DNA of 64,000 bases from Euprymna scolopes. Its lineage: Eukaryota. Shown here piece by piece: positions 51,930-64,000 of the stretch; the stretch's first letter is position 1, and every line of letters begins with the position of its first letter. The stretch is from the NCBI GenBank assembly GCA_053919585.1, contig CM132785.1; one strand, written 5' to 3'. A model generated the notes under the pieces. That model was not told the DNA's origin and ran no database searches. It saw only the letters and a list, made by a program, of their open reading frames with translations. The position numbers and the translations under genes are program-made.

Positions 51930-54900
51930 GTGGATTGCTTTTGCAACCTCCGGTCCGCCTTTGGTAGAAGTAGAAGCAAAAGTCGGTTGCACAAAAATTA
52001 ATTTTATCATCGATAATGGCGCAACAGTATCTATACTTTCACGAGATTTTGCTGGAGGTGTCTTAATAAATCAAACTCTATTAGGACAACCCAGAACTAA
52101 TGGACAAAATATTGAAGAATTTCGTGAAGCTTTAGTCGGAATTAGTATCTTCACATTTTTCAATATTGTAAATCCTCTTCTCGGATTGGACTTCTTATTA
52201 CATTTTGGAATACTAATTGATTGGATAAATAAATTAATAATTGATTCAAACACTAAGTTTGCTCAACAATTATCCATTACCAACCAAGTCAATCAGAAAG
52301 TATATATTGATAATATTAACGATCAAAATCCCGAAATCCACTCCCTACAGAGAGAATTCAATTCTGTAATTCTTCCAAGAGCCAAAGATGATGTCAATGA
52401 CATATCAGAAAGGAAGCATCACATCGACACAGGAGACAACAAACCGACCTTTTGTATAGTTCGTCAACTGTCTAAGAAAAAAATTGATGCTGCAAAAAAG
52501 GAATTCGCAACAATCCAACTCCCCATGGACATCAGCACTCCATATGGTACTAATGATTACACCTGGTTAATGGAGAAGTTGTGGTGATTATAGATTCCTT
52601 AATGCAATCACAAAACCTGATCGGTATCCTTCCCCATATATGCAAAGTAGTTCTTCTATGCTGGAAAATAAGATGTTTTCAAAACTGGACTTATTGAATG
52701 CATACCACCAGATATCTGTAAATAGGCATGATGTACAGAAAACTTAAGTCGAAACTCCTTTTGGTGCGTATGAGTATTTATATATGCCCTTCAGACTTAG
52801 AAACGCTGGAGCTACCTTTCACCGCTTCATGGGCAATATATGTATTAATGTGCAGCGTGTATTTATTTATATCGACGATGTATTGATAATGTCTGAATGA
52901 GAAACATCTCATATAGAAGATTAAAAATGTGTTTTCCAAATTCTCAAGGAGAATAATCTAAAATCTTCCCTTAATAAATGTGATTTTTTCAAGTCTTCTT
53001 TGAACTAATTTGGATTCCACATTTGTCCAGAAGGACTGAACCCTACCGCAGAAAAAATAGCAGAAATTAATAATTTCCCTGGACCTAATAAATTAGCGTC
53101 GTGACGAAGATTTATCGGAATTATACATTTTTATAGAAAATTAATTCCAAAATTTGCTGATATAATGTTACAACTTAGTGAATTAAATAAGTTACATCCT
53201 AAAGTAAAATCATTTAAATTTAGTGAAGCTGAAAGACAATCTTTTACGCAAATTAAAGAAATTTTAGCTAATATAACTTCCCTTCCTCATCCTATGTTAA
53301 GTGTTACCAATTATCATTTAGTGACTGGCAGCTCTAATTTTGCTGTTGGTGCTTGTATGCATCAGATAGTAAAATAGGAGCCTATTCCCATAAGTGTCTT
53401 TCTAAGAAATTGAATGGCAGTCAGTTTTGTACGTTTGATCGTGAATTACTAGCCGCTTATCCGGCCGTACTTCATTTCAAGTCACAAATTGAAGGCAGAC
53501 AGGTGTATTTATTCACATATGACAACCCTTTGGTGTCAGTCTATACAGAATCAACGCCTATGAAAGCTGGCAAACAACACCGGCATTTGTCNNNNNNNNN
53601 NNNNNNNNNNNNNNNNNNNNNNNNNNNNNNNNNNNNNNNNNNNNNNNNNNNNNNNNNNNNNNNNNNNNNNNNNNNNNNNNNNNNNNNNNNNNNNNNNNNN
53701 NNNNNNNNNNNNNNNNNNNNNNNNNNNNCGCTGCTGACTGCTGTCTCGTCCTATCAATGCAGTTTCTGTAGACGTCTTTTATCTTTCTGCCTTGATGGAA
53801 CAACAGGCAGCTAGCTAATGATGAAATTAAAGATTATTCTGATAAAATTTTCTCCAGATTCAGAACTCGTATGTGACGTTTCAACGCCGGACCCTCGTCC
53901 TTTTGTACCCAAGTCATCAGGAAGAACAATCTTTGATCAATTTCATGCTCTATCACATCCAGGAACAAAATCATCAGTTAAGTTGATAAAAACAAGATTT
54001 TATTGGCCTGGAAAGGATAAGATGATAAACAATATTGCAAGGAATGTCTCAACTTTCAGAAATCCAAAGTTACGAGATATGCAAGATCCTCCAGTTGAGC
54101 CATTCTCTCTACCTTTGAGTCGATTTGAAACTGTGCATATTCAAATAATGGGTCCGCTTAATCCAGTAACTCTTAAAAATTCTACGTTCCATCATCTGCC
54201 AGATATATTCTTATATGTATCGATAGGGGTACACGCTTGGTTGAGGCCACACCCAAGTCTGGCATTACAGCAGAAACAGTTGCAATATCCTTTCTAAATA
54301 TTTGGGTTCTAGATTAGTGCCTCTCAATCTATTAACTGATAGAGGAACACAGTTCGAAAGTGAACATTTTAGTCAACTATCTAAACTTTAATTATTCCAT
54401 CATTTTCGTACGACGAGTGATCACCCTCAATTAAACGGTATAATTAAGCATGTACACCGTACATTAATGGCGGCTATTGTTGCTCGAAAACAAAACTGGA
54501 TTGATGCATTTCTAATTATTCTGCTAAGTATGAGAAACATGCAAAAGGAGGATAATTATTAACCATTTGTAGCAGAAACTGGAAAATCCTCACGTGTACC
54601 AACACCAGTGATTGATAATGAATATTCAGAAGTTTCCTATCCCAAAAAAATAAGATTTTAGCAGAAGAAATGTAGAAGTTAGACCTCAAGCAAATATCTG
54701 AGGGCCGAAGCTACTCTTCCCCTGAGCCGTATATCCGAGTTGATCTAACAACCTCTACTCATGTGTGGATACGGGTCGACCGAGTTCGTCGTCCACTCGA
54801 AGTTCCTCACACGGGTCCTTATAAAGACCTTAAAATATATCCAAACTACTTTACTATTAAACTAAATTCTGGTAAGAGTGATACACTTTCAGGGGATCGT

Positions 54901-55002
54901 TTGAAGCCAGTATATATTAAGTCTTTTGAAAATAGACATACTGAATCAAAGAAATCTGTGAAGGTTCTTGATGAATCAAATGTCACTGAACAGGAAATTT
55001 AA
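51930..55002 (+). pseudogene. pol: Gypsy pol (protease, RT, RNase H, integrase with GPY/F motif), multiple stops and frameshifts
   Basis: FIIDNGA (PR), FSKLDL..AYHQI, YIDDVLI (RT), FDRELLAAY (RH), HALSHPG, FETVHI, TDRGTQFES (IN), RPLEVPHTGPY. Confidence 0.93.
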
Positions 55003-55216
55003 TCTACTGAGATTTTACAGAAGAATCAATTAAACATAATTCCAACGATTTATCTAATACGCATACAGAAGAAGCTGACCAGCAAGAATCAGTAGATCTT
55101 CGCAAAGATTCAAAAACTACAACGACAAGATCGGGCAGAAGAGCAGTTTTCCCCAGAAACGACGACTACCATTACTTCTAACAATATAATATCTCCGATA
55201 CTGAGATGGGGAGTAT

Positions 55217-55776
55217 TGGTGTGTCGTATTTCTGATATTTGTATTAAATATATACTAAAAATAAAAATGTATCTATCTATTATTTATCTAAATAAAAATA
55301 AACGTTAAAGACTAACAAATTTTGAAAAATAGAATAATTAAGCTTTTTCTTATTTGGTTATTTGAAGCCGCCGTAACAAAAAAGAAATAACAGAACTGCC
55401 ATCTGTTAGCACAGGTAGAAAGCAATCGTTCGGTTTGGAAATAAGTAGAGCATCGTACCCCCCTCCCGGCAGTTATACTCTGGTAAGTTTGCCTGTTATA
55501 TCCTACATTATTTTGATTACACTTTTCAAGTTGGATCCAATTTTTCCGGTGCGTTAGTTTATTAACGATGAATATACAGAACAGTAAAGAATGGATTTCT
55601 ACATAACACCGTTGTTCGTGTTCTGCATAAGTGCTGAATCCTGGTGACATTGAAAAAAGAATCTGATTCTCTTTAATCATCCTTCTAGTATAAGGGAGTA
55701 TCTGAACAGATAAACACCAAGTGTACTACGTTTTGTAGGCCTATCTAATCTCTTGAAAGTATTCACAAAACCTACA
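55217..55776 (+). repeat. Gypsy 3' LTR
   Basis: Follows the PPT, ends CCTACA-GTAC; start uncertain by 1-2 nt. Confidence 0.9.
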
Positions 55777-58700
55777 GTACAGCCTAGGAAAGTGTGAGAC
55801 CATCGGATGAGGAGTCATCGAGTTAACGTAGAGCCAAAGAGGGTGTCTGTACACTATGACATGAGGTTAGTAAGAACGTGGCTGATATTAATCATAAGAG
55901 GTGTAACCTACACCCATTATGAAATCCCATGAGACAGGTACGAATCTGCACTCTGCAGAAAAAAAACAAGTCAGTATGAAATAGCTGAACAAAAGGAAAA
56001 AATATTAATGAGAGTTCTGACTTTTTTCCTTGGCGATGGGACGTGAAAAATCTACGTTCTCTTATGCATAAAATGGTATAGGTAAAAGAAAATGTACGCA
56101 CATTTTTGAAAAATGGTGATAAAGGAATGTTTACTAGCAGGAACCACCGGACCGAATAAATAATCGAAAGTTCTTATGAATTTATGAATCCATTATTATC
56201 AATGATTTGTATTTAGTCAGATGTTCGGAGAAAAAGGCTCGAATTATTCACGCTAATAGCGACGTTAAGGGTCATCTTAATAATGTATTAACGTGGCATT
56301 TGTGGTTCTAAAAAAATATTCCGGCCGTCAATAATAAATGTATGTACGTTCATGAGAAACCCTAATTCGTGTGTTTGTCTTTAAAACTAAGGTACTAATT
56401 TTGTCTTGTCATAACGACACACAGAACGTAGTCCTCCCCTGATATATGTTTTTCTCATCACAAAAACTACTCTAAAGTATATAAAGTAACACACAGGACT
56501 CGTTAACCGGCGTCGCTAGGTAGAAGCATGACAGGTGTAGAACAGAATCCTTACTGGCGGCCGCGGTTCAAATGAAATAATCCGGCATCTATTGTCGGGC
56601 ATTGGTTTCTATTGGCAGTTAGTGAAAGCCAATGCATGTGATTGTCAGCACTGTAGGTTACTGCCGGTTAGTGTTTATTTGGGACGAAAATCTGCCGGAA
56701 CCGACTGATTATCAATAAATTATTTATTAACTCTTTGTATTTAGTGAAAATACTTCTCCGTATACTGCAATCATTATTTACTAGAACTAGCTGTAATACA
56801 TCACTTGAATAATAAGATATAAAGTAGAAGTGATAAGAAAATAATATTAAAAAAACTGTGTTTATATTCAATATACGTTAAAACATACCTGCATAATAAA
56901 TTGTATTTTAACTTATATTAAACAAATGAGTCAATGTGCACTGGTTGTTACACTTGCAAAGGTCGTTTAATGAGAAATCTGCTCTTTACATGGGGAGGGT
57001 AAAAATAAGAAAATTCCTTTTGCAACACCCCCTCCCTAATCTCTCCATTAAAAGAATGGCGTGAGCTAATCCTATCAATATGAGCAGAATTGGTCTGGGA
57101 GCATATTCTTATTTTTGAATCGGAAAAGAGAAAGCTTATGTTATGCCAATGAGTTTATGATATAGTTACTAAAGGCAAAACCCTGTATTTGTCTAAAGTG
57201 CATCATACCCCACCCGGTGATGATTGCTGGCGTTAAGAGGTCTTCTTATTTAGAAGGAAATTAGAAATGACTTCCTCTTAAGGTAGTTGCGATTGTGATG
57301 ATCTTGCTCCAAAAATTAAATGTAGGACTTTATTATGATAAACTGTGTCTAAAATGACGTTCTTAAGTTACATAAGATAGTGGCTATCAGACATAATGAA
57401 TATGTATGTGGCAAATGTTGTTAAGAACATTTGGTAGTTTGGTCCAGAGGGGAATTTCTGCAATCAAAGTAGTATATATAGAGATGACACGCACAGTTTC
57501 CATCCAACACATTCGAGCATATTGATTATGCACGCAATCCTGGAGTTTCTCTTTTATGCTACATATGCTGTCCTGCTACATAATATCTAGTCTCTCTTTT
57601 GTGCTCCCCGTTTGCAACATACATAACCGTTTGGTTACGTTTAAAACTCCTTTTATATTACATATCCTCGTTTTGATAATGCTCTATCTAACAGTATAAT
57701 CACGGAAATCGGAGCCCAAAACGCCAATGTCTACATCTTGGTCGAATTTGAAAGAAAATACCGTCAGTTTGACAAGATTGCCACATCCGGGTTCGAAAAC
57801 CTGTATTGATAAACTCCTAGCAACAACGTTATTATTAGCATAACTAACTGTAAGTGTCGTGAACTGTTATGACGAAAGATCTGTCCAAAAATTCGATCCC
57901 ATTTTCCGTAAGTTTATGACAGGTCGTTTGCTTCAGTTGCCTCCACACTTTGATTAACTATTTTATTCCCTATAGTCTTTTAGTACTGGTGAGTAACCCC
58001 TCCAAATCCTTTTAAACTTACCTCTGTTTTTATGTATTTCTTTTATAAATAAACTATTTCAAATTTATTTTATTCGTTTTCTTTATTTTTCATGTTATTT
58101 TAACACTTTGGGAGGATGTCGATAGTATCACTAAATCACCCATTATATCAAAGTAATCACCAATTAATTGATGTGCACCCTTCACATAATAATCATTATT
58201 ATTCTGAAAGTTCGCTTGGATAATCCTAAGTAGTGTAAGAAAAACTTTCTATGAAAAAAATATTCTAAATAAGGGAAATATGCGCGCTGGTAGTATCTTA
58301 ATTTTCATAGGACTGCATATTAAGAGATTCTCTGTCATGCTAACTAACATATTAAAATGAATTGCCAAAGACTTCTGCGTGTACACTGCAAAACATACTA
58401 TATGCTTCGGAGAAAAATACTAACAAATAAATTTTTCAGTAGGTGCGACCATATTGTAGGTTTAATGTAAATAACTCCTACGATTAGGCATTATTCGTTA
58501 ACTGACTCTAGTCATGCAGATGTGTGCAGGATATAGCCTATCATACGTGTGCATTTTCCATCGTGAAGAGAGGTTCTCTGTTTAGTGAAAATTGTAATCA
58601 GAGACTAAGAAGTTCTTAATTTTTTAACTTAGTAATAACATACCTGGATAGTTTACAAAGAAATATTATGCGATACAACCACAGTTTATGATCAGCCCTT

Positions 58701-58908
58701 TGATATTTATGGACCCGAGTATCGCACGAGGATGAAATTAGCTTTTTTTACGAAACNNNNNNNNNNNNNNNNNNNNNNNNNNNNNNNNNNNNNNNNNNNN
58801 NNNNNNNNNNNNNNNNNNNNNNNNNNNNNNNNNNNNNNNNNNNNNNNNNNNNNNNNNNNNNNNNNNNNNNNNNNNNNNNNNNNNNNNNNNNNNAAATGGA
58901 AGGAGGAA

Positions 58909-59421
58909 TTTCAGAGGAAACATAATTTAATTTAATTACCAAAGAAAACAAAAAAACGGGCAGGTGAAATTATTAAAATTTCCTTAAGGCCTTATCGTCT
59001 GACCCTCTAATTGGAAACGTCAGGATGATGAATTAAAAACGAAGAAACGAATGAGGAAAGAAGGGAATTTGGTTTCAGTTGGAAGACCAGTGAGGAAAAA
59101 AATCTCACTGTTCAGGTGGTTTTAAATCAAATACTTCCAACTGATGTTTCAAAATCTAGCCTGGGTAGACAAAAGATTTTTAAACATCAGTTGGAAGTAT
59201 TTGATTTAAAACCACCTGAACAGTGAGATTTTTTCCTCACTGGTCTTCCAACTGAAACCAAATACCCTTCTTTATTCATTCGTTTCTTAGTTTTGAATTT
59301 ATCATTCTGTCATTCTGACGTTTCCTCTTAGAGGGTCAGACGATAAGGCCTTAAGGAAATTTAAAAAATTTTAATAATTTCACCTGCCCGTTTTTTTTAA
59401 ATTAAATTATGTTTCCTCTGA

Positions 59422-59423
<2 letters not shown>
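58909..59423. repeat. ~515-bp foldback palindrome (16-nt spacer) abutting (TA)n
   Basis: Arms 58909-59157 and 59174-59423 are reverse complements with a few indels and substitutions; (TA)n at 59425-59502 and an N-run on the left. Confidence 0.92.

Positions 59424-59424
<1 letters not shown>

Positions 59425-59502
<78 letters not shown>
59425..59502. repeat. (TA)n microsatellite, one of about 20 such tracts in the window
   Basis: Direct reading; others near 7520, 16452, 16607, 24202, 24682, 25009, 28156, 28440, 28564, 29291, 30112, 32226, 32922, 38210, 61220, 61905 and 63800. Confidence 0.97.
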
Positions 59503-59506
<4 letters not shown>

Positions 59507-61215
59507 CTGATACATGTTTTAAAATGGAATAGGTAAATGAAAGCTAGTGTTCGTTAGATAAATATACGATAACACAAGCCGACTATTAGTAGGCTTTTGA
59601 TGTGCAATTTTGAAGGCCCGGTAATGTGATGGTCTGTTCGTGCGTAACTTTACACTACATTTGCCCTATATCATGCGATTGTTGATAGAACAAATCATAT
59701 CTTAATTTAATTATTTTTGTAGAAAATCTGAGAAACAAAGGCATTCACGCTGAACGACAAAACTAATCATGCGATTGTAAATTACAAAAAAATAGTACTT
59801 AAATTCATATTTTAATGGAAAATTATAATTACCTCACCTTTTAATATGAATACGATCTATAACTCTGATATAAAATTCCAATCTGCATAGTTTATCTTTT
59901 TTACTTACCTTATTCTCAGCTTATCAAAAGTAGTTTGACTTCTCAAAAATCTTTTGGATACGTTACTCTGATAATTTTTAATTTGTACCCTGTAATTATG
60001 TTGTACTTTCTCGTGACTTTATTTAAATATGTCAAGTGAATGATCACACGCACGAATTACGTCAGGTTGTTTAATATTTTATTATACACAGTGTGTATTG
60101 TTAATATTTACTGATACGATTCCACCTAATGCATATATATATATATAGAGAGAGAGAGAGATAGAGAGAGAGAATGAAAGAGAGCAAGAGAGAAAAAGGA
60201 AGAGAGTTGATAAATCTATAAAAACAACAAAGGGGAAAGTGAGAGATGAGGGGGTTACATAACTCATTTTCACCCACAGAAAGAACCAAGAATATTTACT
60301 GTAGAAAGCCCTACAATCTCAACACCTGCAGCTGACAGATCATCAATTTCGGCTCTATCATCAATTTCAGCAAAAAAAAAAAAATAGGTGATGATTAAGT
60401 ATCTTTATTGTGCTATAAATCAGAATTGTGTAAAGCTGATCTTTCAAAAGGTTGAGTTCAGTCGGGCCATGTCTTATCTAGTAACAGCGCAGTTCATGTC
60501 AATAGGAGAAGGTCACCTTTTCTTTTCCGGATTGACCTCACAATCTTATCTAAAGTTTCGATAGATTGAAGTCGGTGTAAGAATACCCGGGTGTCTTCTT
60601 ACTATCAAAGGAATAATTGATATTCGTCGGTTAACTTTCTCATTCTCATTAAATAAATGTAATGGATTTTTCTTTTGATAAAATGTGCAGCTATACACTA
60701 ACCGTATTGAATATTAATTTCAACAATAACCAGGGATACTCGCAGTATACGTTCCGAATTAAGCGACATAATTGATACATTATATATCATTTCATGAGCC
60801 AGTCTATTTTTTTTATATAATGTATTTAAGAATGCAAGATCTTTAATGTTAAATAAAATAAATGTATTAGACTATCTATATATTGTATTTCAAAAATAAA
60901 CAATTCCAAATAAAGCCAGGTCAATTATTTAATAATGGTCAGAAAATATTTATTTAACAGTTCAACATACTAATGTACTAAGTTATCATTTATATCTTAA
61001 TAATAGTGTAATAATATTTACACGATGTATTTAATAAGACAGCATTTCTATGCTTAGGAATATTCGGGTAGAGCGATATTCTCGATGGCGATCAATTTTT
61101 TCTTAGCGAAAAGATTTTCGAACCAATATTTACAAAAAGAAATACATTATTTAATTTCGAAGCAAAATTCACGAAAACATACACACACACGTACAAACCC
61201 ACACACACCCACACC

Positions 61216-61270
<55 letters not shown>

Positions 61271-61899
61271 TTCTCTATGTGAGTGGAAAGCGTTGTTATT
61301 AAATTTTAATGAACATAATATTAAAAACTCACAACTTAATATAAAGGGTATTTGAACGTAGGGTAAACTTTTGCTTTTGGGATTTGTTGTAAAAACAGTT
61401 GATAAACATATAAAATTATAAAAACCAAAAGCATTAAACTTTAGCATTAATTTCTGAGCATGGGGACATACATTTGTAGTATAAAGTTGCTTTATGTTTA
61501 ACGGTTTTTTACCACTTGCGATGGCTCAAGCGGTTCATCCAATATGAAGCGCTAAATAACCTCTAAATTGGAATGGGGGACGTTTTGCTTCGATTCCATC
61601 TGATAAAACGTAAGTAATTTTGTAACAGTATAGCTGCGAAAGAACGAAAGTAGTGGAAATTATATGTTGTAATTGAATAATTTTGTTGTGTATATAAGTA
61701 AGGACAACGCGTATTAGGACAATACATAGCAATGCATTAATTGTCGCACAATAGCCGACGAACTTGTAGCACCGATCGTACCCCCGGCACTTTGAATCAG
61801 GTTTCAACTGTACTCGTCTTAAACTCTCCAAAATTTCTGGGATAAATGGGAGTTAAGACTAAAACAAATTTAGGTTAACTAGTCTTGTCTATGTGATTA

Positions 61900-61959
<60 letters not shown>

Positions 61960-63796
61960 TATATATATATACATTTTGGTCGAGCAATGTCGTAAATGTA
62001 TTTTACCTGATGCTTAGTTTAGCAATCAAGCGAAGACCGGTTTCTGTTTGCTTTCAGGCAAACTATCAGCTGGGGCACTGTCGAACACTGGGTAGTGCTT
62101 ATCTTTTACACTTATATATAAATTTGGTTTTTGGTTTGCTTCCACATTCTTTGTATAGAGAGGTTTTTTTTTTATCGTGTTTGTATGTTTTGCAATTTTT
62201 TACTTTTTTATATTATTAGTTGTTGCCTCTGTATATGATTATTATCGTATATTTTTCTGTATTATAAGTCTTTGTATAAGTCTTCTGTATTATAAATCCC
62301 TTTTTATAAGTCGTTTGCTTACTTCATTGGCGTATCATCTCTCTCTCTCTCACTATCTCTCTCTCTCTCTGTTTCTATCCGCAATGATAATTACATATTA
62401 CAACATCTTACATTTCTGTGCCTGTTTATTTACTTCTTTAAATTAGTTTGGTGCAAAAAATAATGAGCGTTTTATGTATAATTGATAAATTGATTACTTA
62501 TTAATGTAGTAAAAATAGGACGAGAGTGTCTGTCCAGCAATCTTTTTATTAAATTAAGAATTACACTGCTCCTCTACTCGACAAGCGGGAATGCACAGTG
62601 TGGATTATCAAAGATGAGATAATTTAGTAAATAAATAAAACAAACGATTATTAAAAATGTTTATATATAATTGGACACTTTATATTTATTTTGAAAATAG
62701 GTTATTTGTATAATTTTAAAAAAGAAACCATAAATGAAAAATTGACTTAATGTGTTCGACATTGAAATTCAATTTAAGCCATATGAATAACCGAACAATG
62801 TCAAATATCCAGCATAGTATACCGTTGACATTAATTACTTATTATATCCCACATATGTTGTTTTTATTTACATCTGGTGTCCTCTATGTTATGCATGTTT
62901 CCTTCGGAATTAAAAACTACTATATTTAACTAATGATAAATGATCACTATATCAATCTTATACAATAAGACATTTATTATTGTATGATTTTACTCCATAT
63001 TGGTAATGTGTTGACAAAAAAAAATAAATACAAAGCCATTTACAGTTTTAAGTGTTCAATCTCGTAATTATATCGTGTTCATCAGTATATTGTTTTAAGT
63101 CTATTTTCATTCTTCTCGTTCTCCAGTATAATCGTTTTCTTCTCTTTTTTTCACCGAATAAGAGTAATGTGATATATCGACTATCGAATATAAAACTTTA
63201 TTTCAGACGTACCTACGAAATTCACCTCTCAACGCTTCCTAAACATAACCATTTTTCCTTATTCACTTTACCGATGATTTACTTTGAATTTGTATCTATA
63301 TTTCTTACAATTTAAACATGGATTGCTAAGCAATGTTCAGTGAGCATTGATCTTTGATAGTCAAGTAATATTTCTGAGAAAATCTCGCCTGGTTGTCTGT
63401 GATCTTTGTGAATCAACGCCACAAATTTGATAGGGTATTATATTTCAGATTAAAAGAGGATGAACATATATTTTCTGACATAAATCTTAATATTCTATTT
63501 GATGTCATCAAATGAATAAAATATCGCTTTATCTAGTGACATTAGCTAAAAAGCCAGGAATTCAAGGATGGGTCAGTGATTACAACTATCAAAGAAGTTA
63601 TATATAGTGTGCATTTTCTTTGAGTGAAACCAACGTATACAATCCATAGCTATAAGGACGTATCGATGTTTTAAATTCTGTTGAAATATTTTGTGTGTAT
63701 ATTTATTAAGACTTTACATTGGAATTAATTTCTTAATGATACTTGTATTTTAATTCATTGTGAATAAAGGAACAAACAATCATAATAAAGACACAC

Positions 63797-63848
<52 letters not shown>

Positions 63849-64000
63849 TGTCACACAAAGCTCCGTTTTTATGTATAAATTATTCTCCTATAAGTTAATA
63901 AATGTCTGAGCCTACCTTTTACAAATTACACCCAACGGTAATTTATATTTCTGGCAGTGTTCTTTGATATGCTTTGGACCGGAATTTATACGGTACGTAT

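Larger units (their letters stand above)
50586..55776 (+). mobile_element. Full-length decayed Ty3/Gypsy LTR retrotransposon (CsRN1-like gag)
   Basis: Paired LTRs TG...CA, perfect GTAC TSD (50582-50585 and 55777-55780), PBS-like TGGTGCCCGAAC at 51177, PPT GAGATGGGGAG at 55203, and gag-PR-RT-RH-IN order. Confidence 0.95.

Noticed and set aside
57300-58200. Possible DNA transposase relic on the minus strand
   Set aside because: Motif matches are too weak and inconsistent between candidate superfamilies.
62443-62473. Mariner-like TIR TTAGTTTGGTGCAAAAAATAATGAGCGTTTT
   Set aside because: Single end with no partner TIR or transposase nearby.

Overview
AT-rich eukaryotic (animal-type) intergenic or intronic DNA made mostly of transposable-element remnants and microsatellites; the heavy (TA)n/(CA)n load resembles mollusc or cephalopod genomes, but that is inference. 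I cannot support any intact host gene, and most ORF-track entries are microsatellite or N-run artefacts. Recognisable content: three Penelope-like element (PLE) RT/GIY-YIG relics; a full-length decayed Gypsy element with both LTRs and a GTAC TSD; a Copia 5' LTR plus gag; a solo LTR; two tandem RTE LINE copies; R4-like and CR1/L2-like LINE relics; mariner and piggyBac relics; many non-autonomous Helitron-like units; and a 3.86-kb indel-free 20-bp satellite. The most interesting layer is non-coding. About nine minimal type I hammerhead ribozyme (HHR) motifs, from intact to decayed and from several sequence families, sit in short units that are mostly bounded by (TA)n tracts. They include a 311-bp palindrome with one HHR per strand and a ~150-bp unit in which a tRNA-like Pol III head lies directly upstream of an HHR. 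All structures and translations were read by eye and need computational confirmation.
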